64,000 nt of DNA, taken from contig CAXRIX010000080.1 in assembly GCA_964230555.1 (NCBI GenBank), positions 6,044 through 70,043 on the forward strand, read 5' to 3'. Origin of the DNA: Bdellovibrionales bacterium. Its GTDB lineage: Bacteria > Bdellovibrionota > Bdellovibrionia > Bdellovibrionales > JAGQZY01. Positions 1 to 10,940 of the stretch are shown here, piece by piece (within the stretch, counting starts at the first letter, position 1; the number at the start of each line of letters is the position of its first letter). A program made the position numbers and the translations under genes. The notes under the pieces were generated by a model. That model searched no databases. It worked only from the letters and a program-made list of their open reading frames with translations, and was not told the DNA's origin.

Positions 1-160
1 CGTTCATGGCTCAGTTCTGCAGCTCGCCCAACCAAGATTATGTACAGTTCAGTGGCAGTTTTCTCAATTCAACCCTCTCAGGTCGAAGTCAGTCTATTCT
101 GGATTTTTAGAACAAGCCTTTTCTGATTGGTCGAAAACCAGAGCCAAAAGGCTAAAAACT

Positions 161-670
161 CTATCGGTCTAGCTTTTTAACGCTGACGATTTCCATTTTA
201 TCGTTTATTCGGACATCAAAGCCCATTCTGTAGGACTCTTCTATAAAGCGTTGAACGTACTCTTGTCTTTTTAACTTTTCCAGCTCCTCGTAACGTTGCC
301 TTTTGGCAAGAAACTCGTCCATTTTTTGATCCAATGTCATGGCGCTGGCAGAGTTTCGGCTATTGATGTCAAAGGCGGCCGGACCGTAATCGTCATTTAA
401 ATCCAACTTATGGGTTTCATTTCGCTTGTCCGCTCCAGGATCCAAGAACGGCTTATCACCCGTTCTCTGAAGTACGGCCTGTTGCTTTTTTAAATCCAGT
501 CGCATTCGAGTCTGCTCTTTTAGGTTGATTAACCGATTGTAGGGCACTTTCCCAGATGAGTCTGCCAGGTCATTATGACTTTGCGATCCACCAATAGGGC
601 CCGTTACGAATAAATACGCAAAGAACAAGGTCAAACTAAAGAGTATTCCTGGAATGATATACTGATTCAT
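161..670 (-). CDS. hypothetical membrane-anchored protein (N-terminal TM helix, coiled-coil C-terminus)
   Basis: 169-aa ORF, hydrophobic N-terminus IIPGILFSLTLFFAYLFV; sigma28-like -10 box just upstream. Confidence 0.75.
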   Translation of the reverse strand: MNQYIIPGILFSLTLFFAYLFVTGPIGGSQSHNDLADSSGKVPYNRLINLKEQTRMRLDLKKQQAVLQRTGDKPFLDPGADKRNETHKLDLNDDYGPAAFDINSRNSASAMTLDQKMDEFLAKRQRYEELEKLKRQEYVQRFIEESYRMGFDVRINDKMEIVSVKKLDR

Positions 671-679
671 GATTCCATT

Positions 680-706
680 TTATCGGAATCTCTCAGGAAA
701 TATTAA
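680..706 (-). promoter_or_regulatory. putative sigma28 (FliA)-type promoter
   Basis: minus strand TTAA-N15-TCCGATAA, 9 nt upstream of the ATG at 670. Confidence 0.45.
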
Positions 707-720
707 AATCAATCGACTCT

Positions 721-735
721 GTCTCACATTGAGAC
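721..735. promoter_or_regulatory. palindromic motif GTCTCA-N3-TGAGAC, perfect copy
   Basis: gtctcacattgagac, intergenic; related copies at 15794, 24408, 33317 and 51788. Confidence 0.6.
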
Positions 736-747
736 TCCTATCGAACC

Positions 748-1125
748 TTAAGCACAGTCGAATAATTCTGAAAGAACCGAAATTTCTGTGGTTTGCTCAA
801 GCTGTAAATCCAACATTTCATGTTTCAGTTGATCGAGTTGACCACAAAGGCTATCGATTTCCTGCCAATTAACAGCCTGGTTTAATCGTAGCAATAGGCT
901 TAAATAACGACTTTCTAAATCCCCTAGCCCAAAGTAGATACAGACCACGGTCAAGGCGTCTTCCGAAATATGCCCTTCTCCTTCGAGAGCATTTTTTAAC
1001 ATGGCAACTGGCACTCCCATAGAACACGAAAGGTCATGGTAGACCTCGTCTTTGCTCTTCTGCATGCTTAAAATTTGCGACATGATATAGCTTTTATAGT
1101 TATTGAACGCAATAATTGGCTTCAT
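748..1125 (-). CDS. short HTH protein resembling the N-terminal domain of TIGR02147-family proteins
   Basis: MKPIIAFNNYKSYI..., helix-turn-helix-like segment, YFGLGDLESRYLSLL; start set at ATG 1125 behind a G-rich SD; paralogous to the next gene. Confidence 0.6.
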   Translation of the reverse strand: MKPIIAFNNYKSYIMSQILSMQKSKDEVYHDLSCSMGVPVAMLKNALEGEGHISEDALTVVCIYFGLGDLESRYLSLLLRLNQAVNWQEIDSLCGQLDQLKHEMLDLQLEQTTEISVLSELFDCA

Positions 1126-1257
1126 TTCCCCCCCCAGACACGTATCACTCATCATTCCCACCAATTAATAATAGGAATCTTAGCAATGAAAAACTCTCCA
1201 CAAAAATGCGAAATAATGTTTCGTAATGAGATTAAGCCCTTGCTCAGGACGAAGTCA

Positions 1258-1668
1258 TTACGGGTATGTCTTTTCTATTCCCGGTGCGGACCAATAGCTT
1301 ACATCTTCACTGGAAAGTCTTTCAGTTGCGGAAAAGGTTAAAGCCTCTCTCTTTTGAATTTCAGATTTAATTCTTTCTAATCTTTTCTGAAGATAATTAA
1401 TATGCTCAAAACATTTTGACTGATTAGAGTCGAAAAGGTTCAATATATACTCTCTATCCAATTCATTCATTTCGAAAAACAAAGTTGTTAAATACAGCTT
1501 ATCTCTCGAGAAATTCCGATTACCATTCAATACCTGCGACACCATGACGGCCGATACTCCGATAAATTTAGAAAGCCTTGAAGAAACACCGCGCCCATTG
1601 TTTGGAAATTGTGAGATTCGGTCATTCAAAAAATCTTTATAATTTGCGTATTCGTATATTGCCTTCAT
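1258..1668 (-). CDS. short HTH protein, TIGR02147-family N-terminal domain-like (no C-terminal DUF4423 part)
   Basis: IYEYANYKDFL...GRGVSSRLSKFIGVSAVMVSQVLNGNRNFS...FFEMNELDREY pattern. Confidence 0.7.
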   Translation of the reverse strand: MKAIYEYANYKDFLNDRISQFPNNGRGVSSRLSKFIGVSAVMVSQVLNGNRNFSRDKLYLTTLFFEMNELDREYILNLFDSNQSKCFEHINYLQKRLERIKSEIQKREALTFSATERLSSEDVSYWSAPGIEKTYP

Positions 1669-1887
1669 ATAGCCCCCGCTATTGCTTATAAGAACTCAAT
1701 TCCGAGTTCTCCTATAGATTAGCCAATTCCATCGGCGTGGACCTTCCACAAATTCGCAAATGCCAAAAACCTTGGTCATTCAGAAGGTTTAGAAGTCAAT
1801 TGAGCCAGTAATACAGCCATAACGACCACTGAGGACCTTACGACTGCCCTCTATCGACGGTGTCTGGCATCTTAGTCAAAAGGAGTT

Positions 1888-2295
1888 GTGATGATCTTTA
1901 AAGCCGTGGTTTTTTCAATCATGATCTATGCCGAATCAGGCGCATTGGTTAAATTAAAATATCATGAAGCAGCAGCTGAGATGATGAGCTTGGGAGAAGG
2001 CCTTGAGGCTTACAAAAAAGATTGTCGAACCTATCCAAAATCAAAAGCCGGACTTGAGGTTCTGTTGAATCTACGAAAGGCAATAAAGGACTGTCCTGAA
2101 TGGCGGGGCCCCTACATTGACGACCTTCGAAAAGATCCGTTTGGACAGCCTTATATTTATGAAAGCAATGGAAGCCAATATCGCATAAAAACTTTAGGTC
2201 GAGACCACCAAGAAGGAGGTGAATCAATGGATTGGGACCTCATCTTTTACTCAAAAGATAAAAAAGAAAGTTCAAAAGTTAGCTACTCTCGGTAA
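1888..2295 (+). CDS. GspG-like type II secretion pseudopilin-domain protein (orphan, no prepilin motif)
   Basis: YKKDCRTYP..GLEVL..WRGPYI..KDPFGQPYIY..IKTLGRD..EGGE..DWDL matches the T2SS-G C-terminal domain; AAGGAG SD. Confidence 0.75.
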   Translation: MMIFKAVVFSIMIYAESGALVKLKYHEAAAEMMSLGEGLEAYKKDCRTYPKSKAGLEVLLNLRKAIKDCPEWRGPYIDDLRKDPFGQPYIYESNGSQYRIKTLGRDHQEGGESMDWDLIFYSKDKKESSKVSYSR

Positions 2296-4178
2296 ACGGG
2301 CAAATCAACGATAAAAGTAGTTCCTTTTCCGACTTCACTTTCCACCGCAATTTGGCCACCATGCGATTTTACAATTCCGTAAGAAATACTGAGCCCTAGG
2401 CCGGTGCCTTCGCCCACAGATTTTGTGGTATAGAACGGATCAAAGATTTTTTCGACATTGTCTTTTTCTATTCCAATACCTGTGTCGGCAATAGTCACGC
2501 GCACGATTTTTTCTTCACTAAGAAACTCAGTTTTTATATGAATATCGCCCTCTTCTTCAAGAGCTTGGATGGCATTATTGAGTATATTCATAAAAACTTG
2601 TTTCATTTGGTTAATATTGCAATTGATCTTCGGAACTTCGTTGTAGTCTTTACGAACTAAAGCTTTGTTTTTTAGTTCTCCAGATAACAATTTTAAAGTG
2701 CTATCCAATCCATTATTGACGTCAAAGGCTTGTGTTTTTTCTTCATCAGCACGAGAAAAATTTCGTAGACCCAAAACAATGTCTTTGGCACGATTCGAGC
2801 CCTCTTCACAGGACTGAATCAATTTTGGCAAATCTTTTTTAATATAATCATAGTCTTCTTCAACTAAAAGAAGATCCAGTTCGCCTTTATTGTTCTTTGT
2901 TTTATCAATAATACTGAATAACGACTGTGAGTATTCTCGAAGATGGCCGATATTTGAGTATATAAACCCGATAGGGTTATTCAGCTCATGGGCAATACCG
3001 GCAACCAATTCACCGAGGCTTGCTAACTTGGCCGATTGTACCAATTGGTTCTGCGTGTTCTTGATTTTATTATTAGCCTGCTCAAGAAGATCCAGTTGTT
3101 TTTTCATTTTCTGATCTGACTCGACGATCTGCACACTCATTTCATTGAAAGCATCCACCAGATCTGCGATTTCGGTTTTACTTTTATTGGTAATAAACGG
3201 CGCTTCCCGAGCGTCTTTCAAATCTTTAGAAGCCTTGATTAAGGCCTCAATCGGCGAAATCACTTCGCGAACAAAATAAAAACTCATAATCAAAAGAAAA
3301 ACAAAAAAGCTTAAAAACGTGAATAAGATCATGTAATTAACATTACGAATACTGGCTTCAGCTTCTAATTTCGAAGATCCCATTCCCATTAAAAACTCGA
3401 GCTGTCCCCAGCTGATCGCTGTTGACATAAAAGCGTAGGGGGTATCTTCGACATTGAATTCAAAAAAAGTATTTCGACCGCTTAAAAAGTTTTGGCTTTG
3501 GTCAAGCTGACCCGAAAGGGCCGGCAGAGAGGTCAACAGAACTCGGCCATCTCGATCGAAGAAAACCACTTGCGCACCAATGGCTTGAGTGATTTGGTCC
3601 AAATATTCAATGTCCACAGGTATGATGGTTTCAAGGTAGCCAACCGTTCTTTCTTGAACACCAACTATTTTTCGGACTATGGACAAACTCAAGATATTTT
3701 CTTTCTTATCGTTTTGTTGAAATAAAACGCGATGTAGAGAGTTCTCATCTTCCAACTTGGTCCGCAATGTCATCGGTAAATCGGGCTGGCCGTGCACAGT
3801 TTGATAATCGTCTTTGTAAAACACGAAGACCTGTCCACCCTGAGTGTAGACTTTAACCTCTTCTTGGCCGTAAATTTTTATTTTGTCACCAAGAGTGGCT
3901 TTCAGACCATTCGGCTCAAGAGTACTAAGATAATAAATAAGAGAATTATCTTGCAACGACTTCACCAAAAACTGTTCAGCGGTCGCTCGTTCTTTGGCAA
4001 AAAGACTTTCCAGTTCACGGACATGAATTGTTAATTTGTCTTTGATTTGTTGGTTGATACTTTTCTGGTATTGATTTTGAACAACGAAGGCTAAAAATAT
4101 CAACGGGACGAGAGTGAAAAAGAAAAACCAGGTGAAGACCAGTCCTCGTAGTGACTTTCTTTTTCTCGTTTCCCCCAC
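2283..4178 (-). CDS. membrane sensor histidine kinase (periplasmic domain, HAMP, HisKA, HATPase)
   Basis: two TM helices; LVAGIAHELNNP H-box; NILNNA, DTGIG, FDPFYTTK and GTGLGL boxes. Confidence 0.95.
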   Translation of the reverse strand: MGETRKRKSLRGLVFTWFFFFTLVPLIFLAFVVQNQYQKSINQQIKDKLTIHVRELESLFAKERATAEQFLVKSLQDNSLIYYLSTLEPNGLKATLGDKIKIYGQEEVKVYTQGGQVFVFYKDDYQTVHGQPDLPMTLRTKLEDENSLHRVLFQQNDKKENILSLSIVRKIVGVQERTVGYLETIIPVDIEYLDQITQAIGAQVVFFDRDGRVLLTSLPALSGQLDQSQNFLSGRNTFFEFNVEDTPYAFMSTAISWGQLEFLMGMGSSKLEAEASIRNVNYMILFTFLSFFVFLLIMSFYFVREVISPIEALIKASKDLKDAREAPFITNKSKTEIADLVDAFNEMSVQIVESDQKMKKQLDLLEQANNKIKNTQNQLVQSAKLASLGELVAGIAHELNNPIGFIYSNIGHLREYSQSLFSIIDKTKNNKGELDLLLVEEDYDYIKKDLPKLIQSCEEGSNRAKDIVLGLRNFSRADEEKTQAFDVNNGLDSTLKLLSGELKNKALVRKDYNEVPKINCNINQMKQVFMNILNNAIQALEEEGDIHIKTEFLSEEKIVRVTIADTGIGIEKDNVEKIFDPFYTTKSVGEGTGLGLSISYGIVKSHGGQIAVESEVGKGTTFIVDLPVYRE

Positions 4179-4190
4179 CCGAACTTCGCC

Positions 4191-5249
<1,059 letters not shown>

Positions 5250-5384
5250 CTAGGGCTCAAGATTAAAGTTTAATAAAAAAAGAGTCAATACAAGAGGTTA
5301 GAAGAGAAATCCCAACGCCAACCCATGCCACCATAGGGACGCCGCATTATTGCCTGATCCTGGAAAAAGGAATTCAATGCCGAC

Positions 5385-5840
5385 ATGGAAAAACAACGCT
5401 TAGTGAATGACCTGATAGAGTTTCTAACCACAGAATCAGCCTGCAAGGAAACTCTGTCGTGTTTAAATAAGAAAGCCGAAATTGCCATTCGAATTGCTCA
5501 AGCCGTTGAAATCAGAGTTCTTTATGATGGTGAGTCGGTACACGCCAAAGAAGAAAGACCCCTGGCTCCCGACTTTATATTTGATGCTTCGCCAGAGGCC
5601 ATAGCCGTTTTGATCAGTGAAAAGGGTCTTACCCCCGGACAACTGGGTATTAAGTTGACCAAACAAATAATCAGTCGCGATATTAAAATTTCAATGCCTA
5701 GCAATATCATGCAAGTGACTCGCAAGGGTTATTTTAAAGTCTTTGCGCTTGGGGGCTCTGAATTTATACAAGAGCTGAAGAAACACAATATGGCAAGTCT
5801 GCCTAAAGTGATTGCAGCCTTAAAAAAGCTTCGCTCTTAA
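5385..5840 (+). CDS. hypothetical protein, possibly SCP2/sterol-carrier-like fold
   Basis: 151-aa ORF with a short beta-strand/helix pattern reminiscent of SCP2 (APDFIFDAS...); fold call is tentative. Confidence 0.55.
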   Translation: MEKQRLVNDLIEFLTTESACKETLSCLNKKAEIAIRIAQAVEIRVLYDGESVHAKEERPLAPDFIFDASPEAIAVLISEKGLTPGQLGIKLTKQIISRDIKISMPSNIMQVTRKGYFKVFALGGSEFIQELKKHNMASLPKVIAALKKLRS

Positions 5841-7483
5841 GCGATGAGTCCTCGCCACGAAAGTTCTCGCTGCATGGTCAGTAATAGATGGTCCTGCTGC
5901 GCTTCTTTTTCTTGCTCTGACCAGCCCAACCTTTCGGAAAACACTTTAACGATATCGTTGAGATACTTCATTCCATGATCACTCATGGCTAAAAATAGGG
6001 GTGTCCGGCGCCAGTAAAAGTCAACCAGGCTCACACACATGGTGTTTTCGATAGCAAAGAAAGCCTCACCCATCCACAGCGATTCATTGGCGGTGTACAT
6101 GTTATAGTCATTATGAATTTTGATTAAAATGTCTTCAGCCTCATCGCCATGACGTTCAATTAAAAGGCTAACCATTTTCGGACTGACATGGTAGGCGTCC
6201 GCCCACTCCATGACACGATTCTTTGAGCGATCGTACAATGTTGGTGATATTTTAGGGTTTAAAGGCTTTTTCGTGTCTGACTTGCCAAAGCTCATTTTGT
6301 TTTCAAAAGGCATTTTGTTTAAAACAAAATCAACAGCTTCTTCGGAAATTTGCCGATAGGTGGTGTACTTACCACCAGCAATAAAGGTTAAATTGGGGCC
6401 TTCTTCCCAAATGCTGTGTTCTCGGCTGGTTTTACCTTCGGAGTCCGATCCATCATCAACAAGCGGTCGCACCCCACTGTAAGTAGAAACGATATCACTC
6501 TCGCTGATTCCAAGACTTGGAAAGTACTGCTCTAATGCATTTAATAAATATTGAACATCGTCTGTCGTGGTAACAACATCGGCGGGATTGTTTGGATAAT
6601 CGGTGTCGGTGGTACCGACTATAACCATCTCTTGCCTTGGAATAACAAAAATAATTCGTTTTTCAACCGCCATGACAACAGCTTTGTCGATAGGAATTTT
6701 TTTGCGGTGGAAGACCAAGTGGACACCTTTGGTGGGTCGCAATTTTTGCTGCCACTTGTCTTTAATTTTTTTCCCGAAAATATCGGTCCACGGCCCAACC
6801 CCTGAAACAAACTGTTTGCCTTGAAGGTTGAAGGTTTCACCGGACATCTTATCGGTGACTTGAATGGATTGAATCACATCACCTTGGGTCTGACTACTTT
6901 CAACATAGGTGTAGTTGGTTATTGTTGCGCCCATTCGATGAGCATCCCTTAGTGTTTCAATGACCAAGCGGTCATCATCAGTATAGGCGTCGGAATATTC
7001 CATGGCTCCAACAAGTTCACGAGCATTTAAGCTTGGAACTCTTTCTTTGGTTTCGATGGCATTGAGTCCTTCATGCATTTGAGGCGTTTCAAAAAGGGCC
7101 AACATATCGTACAGCCACATTCCCGCTAACATCTTATAATATCCAACTCGTGATGATTTATAAATAGGAATAAGAAAGCGTAGAGGGTGCACCAAATGAG
7201 GCGCAATTTTGAACAATAAAGCCCTTTCCGACAGAGCCTCAAAAACCAAGCCGAACTCAAAGTTTTCTAAATAGCGAACACCACCATGGATAAGCTTCGA
7301 TGATCTTGAGCTGGTTCCGGAAGCAAAATCGGCACCTTCAACCAACGCCACTTTCATTCCACGAGAGGCGGCATCACGAGCCACGCCAGCTCCAGTAATA
7401 CCTCCGCCGACAATGACCAGGTCGAAGGTTTCGGTTTTCAATTTCTCTATATTGGATTGCCGCGTTTTGTAAGAAAATTTCAC
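5837..7483 (-). CDS. glpD: FAD-dependent glycerol-3-phosphate dehydrogenase
   Basis: VGGGITGAG, DFASGTSSRSSKLIHGGVRYLE, GVRPL, SREH, GGKYTTYR. Confidence 0.93.
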   Translation of the reverse strand: MKFSYKTRQSNIEKLKTETFDLVIVGGGITGAGVARDAASRGMKVALVEGADFASGTSSRSSKLIHGGVRYLENFEFGLVFEALSERALLFKIAPHLVHPLRFLIPIYKSSRVGYYKMLAGMWLYDMLALFETPQMHEGLNAIETKERVPSLNARELVGAMEYSDAYTDDDRLVIETLRDAHRMGATITNYTYVESSQTQGDVIQSIQVTDKMSGETFNLQGKQFVSGVGPWTDIFGKKIKDKWQQKLRPTKGVHLVFHRKKIPIDKAVVMAVEKRIIFVIPRQEMVIVGTTDTDYPNNPADVVTTTDDVQYLLNALEQYFPSLGISESDIVSTYSGVRPLVDDGSDSEGKTSREHSIWEEGPNLTFIAGGKYTTYRQISEEAVDFVLNKMPFENKMSFGKSDTKKPLNPKISPTLYDRSKNRVMEWADAYHVSPKMVSLLIERHGDEAEDILIKIHNDYNMYTANESLWMGEAFFAIENTMCVSLVDFYWRRTPLFLAMSDHGMKYLNDIVKVFSERLGWSEQEKEAQQDHLLLTMQRELSWRGLIA

Positions 7484-7938
7484 CGCAAGGCCTCTTCCAT
7501 TTTAGTCGTTGATAGGTGCAGGTAACCCTTATCTTTAAATCCCGTGAATGTGCTTTGTGCAAAGTCTGCGGCTTCGCAGTCACTGTTCACAAGGACTTTT
7601 TGCAAATGCTTAGTTTTTGCCCAGCGAATGACAGTGTCCACCAGTTGGTGACCAACGTCTTCATTTTCAAAACTCATGTGTTCAATCCACAGAGACTGAG
7701 TCCAGTTATTGAAGAATAAAAACGGTTGACCCAAAGTGTAGCCGAGGATCTCATTATTATCGTCCACAGCCACAAAGCTCCATCCCAAATTCGAGTAATG
7801 ATCCAAAGATTCTTTACGCCAGGGCTGATCCCACGCTTTCATTTCGATTTGCAATTCACTGAGATCGGCCTCAAGTTTCTTTTTTTCGTAAGAAAATATT
7901 GAGTCCACGTGCGCAGGTAAAAACAACTTGATTTCCAT
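7480..7938 (-). CDS. GNAT-like acetyltransferase-fold protein
   Basis: SFVAVD..ILGY..SLWIEHM..VGHQLVDTVIRWAK pattern typical of GNAT; overlaps the glpD start. Confidence 0.55.
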   Translation of the reverse strand: MEIKLFLPAHVDSIFSYEKKKLEADLSELQIEMKAWDQPWRKESLDHYSNLGWSFVAVDDNNEILGYTLGQPFLFFNNWTQSLWIEHMSFENEDVGHQLVDTVIRWAKTKHLQKVLVNSDCEAADFAQSTFTGFKDKGYLHLSTTKMEEALR

Positions 7939-8046
7939 CCCTGCATCTTAATCGATCACCGGGAGTCCGTCCACCTATGAACCTTGTCATCAACAAAACC
8001 GAATCTTGAATGGAAGTCCGCCGCAGAATAGAGTAGGCTCTAAATC

Positions 8047-8802
8047 ATGGAAAAAAATCGATTTTCAAGCGAGTTAGTGAATAAATTACAAGCCGATGTG
8101 AAAGAAGCCATGGGCCGGTCTCAGGGACCCTATTATGCGGCCTTTGATGCCGATGGCACCCTTTGGGATAGTGATATGGGGGAACAGTTTTTCCAATATC
8201 AAATCGACCACTGTGATTTGCCAGCCCTGAAAACAGTCGACCCTTGGGATTATTACGAATCGACAAAGGAGGTCGACCCCGTGAAGGCCTATCTTTGGCT
8301 TGCACAAATCTCGGCCGGTCAGTCTTTGGAGCAGGTCAGAGAGTGGGCCAAACAAGCCGTCGAAAAGAAGGGGGCCAAGATCTTTGAGTCCCAAAAAGAA
8401 ATGATTGCTTGGCTGCAAAAGCAAGGCATCGAGGTTTTTATAGTCACGGCATCCATTCAATGGGCCGTTGAGCCTGCCGCTCATATGGTGGGAGTGCCTT
8501 TTGAGAATGTGATGGGAATCCAAACCAGAATTGATGACAGCGGTAAAGTCACCGAAGAGCAAGAGGGTCCCATCACCTGGAGACATGGAAAAGCCGAAGC
8601 TCTACTTGAACGAACTCAGGGAGTGAAGCCTGTTTTTTGTGCCGGTAACACTCTGGGCGATATCTCGCTTATCGACACATCTGTCGGTGGTAAACTATGC
8701 TTACAAACTCAAGTTGAAGAGAATGGTCTTTTTCATGAGGAACGTAAACTCCTTGAACATGCGCAAACCCATGGCTGGCCGATTCATCATTTTTTTAAAT
8801 GA
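8047..8802 (+). CDS. HAD-superfamily hydrolase (HAD-IB/SerB-like)
   Basis: AFDADGTLW motif I, IVTAS motif II, GK motif III, GNTLGD motif IV. Confidence 0.88.
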   Translation: MEKNRFSSELVNKLQADVKEAMGRSQGPYYAAFDADGTLWDSDMGEQFFQYQIDHCDLPALKTVDPWDYYESTKEVDPVKAYLWLAQISAGQSLEQVREWAKQAVEKKGAKIFESQKEMIAWLQKQGIEVFIVTASIQWAVEPAAHMVGVPFENVMGIQTRIDDSGKVTEEQEGPITWRHGKAEALLERTQGVKPVFCAGNTLGDISLIDTSVGGKLCLQTQVEENGLFHEERKLLEHAQTHGWPIHHFFK

Positions 8803-8923
8803 TTTTTGAAAAATTTAAATTGCTGACTTGGTTTTTAAATCCACAGACCTTTGCAACCAAAACATCAGTAGGCTGCAGATTCCAGGCTGAAAAGTGAATC
8901 TCTGCATTCAATTTGAAAGAGGC

Positions 8924-9580
8924 TCAATGTTTCGGTTGGGGACTCTGATTTTCACTGAGGAATAGGACCTTAATGTGGTCATTGCTTTTTTGCGCTTGAT
9001 TGAGCCACTGTCTCACAAGAGCCTGAATCTCTTTTCGGGCCTGCTCCATAACCAAAGGTCGATGAGCCTGGGCTCTATCCCGCAAGTAAGACGACATTTG
9101 CGATAGAATCTGATTTTTAGTTTCCATTTCATTGCGGAACAAACTGGATTTTTCAAATTTGACCTGCAACTGCGAGATTTCTGCCGCAGGTGGATTGAAC
9201 TCTAGATCTGGCACCACCACCAACCAATCCCCTTGGCTTTGTTCGACCGCGCTCCAGGTTTCTTTTAAGTCGACATAATAGGTGTAAGTGACAGGGACTT
9301 CGACCGAAACGATCACCACTGGCAGTTCCAGTTTTTCCCAAAAAACTTTTTTCCGACTTTTTCGTGTCACTTTCTCATACTGCTTAAGCTCGGCAACCTG
9401 TAACCGTTGAACCCCACTGAGTTGATTGATAAAACTTTTCAGTTCCGTTTCGCTATCTTCACGGCTCCACTTTTCAACCCATTGGCTCTTCACCCAATTT
9501 TGTACGCCGACAGACCCCAGATAGAGCATGGGAGGAATCAGCAAAATGACTAAAATAAGAACTACAAATATTTTTTTCAC
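8924..9580 (-). CDS. DUF4230-like membrane-anchored protein
   Basis: N-terminal TM; LQVAEL, VPVTYTYYVDL and VMEQARKEI patterns. Confidence 0.65.
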   Translation of the reverse strand: MKKIFVVLILVILLIPPMLYLGSVGVQNWVKSQWVEKWSREDSETELKSFINQLSGVQRLQVAELKQYEKVTRKSRKKVFWEKLELPVVIVSVEVPVTYTYYVDLKETWSAVEQSQGDWLVVVPDLEFNPPAAEISQLQVKFEKSSLFRNEMETKNQILSQMSSYLRDRAQAHRPLVMEQARKEIQALVRQWLNQAQKSNDHIKVLFLSENQSPQPKH

Positions 9581-9623
9581 AAACTTTTATCGGATCTTTC
9601 TACAGCTAGATAAAATATATCGC

Positions 9624-10940
9624 CTACGACCTTACTTCTGTACCAATGATGGATTCCAGTTCCTTGATCTCCTTGGGGGCGGATTCACTTAACACCACCG
9701 GGCCTTCGGCTGTTACTAGAACGTCATCTTCAATGCGAACACCCAGTCCACGCAGCTCAGAAGGAGCATCACCATCGTCAGCCGGAACATACAGACCCGG
9801 CTCAACCGTCACGACAACACCCGGCTGAAACGGTACCGGCTTTCCTTCGATTTTAGAAACTCCAACGTCATGGACATCAAGACCCAGATAATGTCCCACA
9901 CCGTGGGGATAGTATTTTTGATAGGCTTTATTATGTAACAAGTCGTTAACATCACCCTTCAGTAATTTCAGCTCGATCATTTTTTCACAGAGCCACTGGC
10001 AGGATTGCTCGTGAAGCTCCGGGAGTGAGAATCCAACTTTCACCAAATCGATCAGACGTTTTTGCACATCCAATACGGCTTGATAAATTTTCTTTTGTGG
10101 CTCTGTAAACTTTCCGTTCACAGGAAAGGTTCGTGTGATGTCAGCTGTATAGTAGTTTTTCTCACCACCGGCATCAATTAAAAGAAAGTCTCCATCTTGC
10201 ATATCCCGAGTGTTGGCACGGTAGTGGAGGGTACAAGCATTGACCCCGGAAGCGATAATACTGGAGTACCCTTCTCGCGAAGCTTTCCCACTATAAATGG
10301 TATATAGAAATTCAGCCAAAGCCTGCTTTTCATTCAAACCAGGCTTTACTGTTTTCATCACTTGAATATGGGCTTGCGCCGAAAGCTCACAAGACTCTTT
10401 CATGACGGCAATTTCTGAATCGTCTTTGACCATCCTCATCAGACTGAGAACTTCATTGGGATCATGGATGGGTATGCGAGCTTGTCCGGAGCGCCTTTCT
10501 AGCTGCTGGGCGCGATTTCTTGCTTCTAGTACAATCTCATCGTCCACAGAGTCTTCTCCCAAAGCGAAGTAGAGGGCTTGGGATCCCTTGATAAGGGCTG
10601 GCAAATGTTCACTGAGATCGGCTATGGAAAAGCAAGCATCGGCTGCAAATTCCACCTTGGCTTTTTCTGGACCAAATCTTTCACCGTCCCATATTTCAAT
10701 ACTCGGATTTTTGTCGCGCACAAATAAGTGAAAGGAAGGCTCTTTACCGGTGCGAATTACGGCCACGGCCTCTGGTTCTTCATATCCCGTTAAATAGACA
10801 AACGAACTGTTCACTCGAAACGGTGACAAATGCCCCTCTTGTCCGGCAAACAAAACAAATGTGGCGGGCCCCACCATCTCAGTCAAATTTTGTCGTCTTT
10901 GCTTGAAAACACTTATGTCTTTGAAAGTTTTAGTAAGCAT
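9624..10940 (-). CDS. pepP: Xaa-Pro aminopeptidase (M24B)
   Basis: LHY, IDAG, ADITRTFP, HGVGHYLGLDVHD, TVEPGLY, GVRIEDD. Confidence 0.95.
   Translation of the reverse strand: MLTKTFKDISVFKQRRQNLTEMVGPATFVLFAGQEGHLSPFRVNSSFVYLTGYEEPEAVAVIRTGKEPSFHLFVRDKNPSIEIWDGERFGPEKAKVEFAADACFSIADLSEHLPALIKGSQALYFALGEDSVDDEIVLEARNRAQQLERRSGQARIPIHDPNEVLSLMRMVKDDSEIAVMKESCELSAQAHIQVMKTVKPGLNEKQALAEFLYTIYSGKASREGYSSIIASGVNACTLHYRANTRDMQDGDFLLIDAGGEKNYYTADITRTFPVNGKFTEPQKKIYQAVLDVQKRLIDLVKVGFSLPELHEQSCQWLCEKMIELKLLKGDVNDLLHNKAYQKYYPHGVGHYLGLDVHDVGVSKIEGKPVPFQPGVVVTVEPGLYVPADDGDAPSELRGLGVRIEDDVLVTAEGPVVLSESAPKEIKELESIIGTEVRS

Noticed and set aside
1-172. Open plus-strand frame 2, possibly the 3' end of an upstream gene
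   Set aside because: Too short and without recognisable motifs to call.
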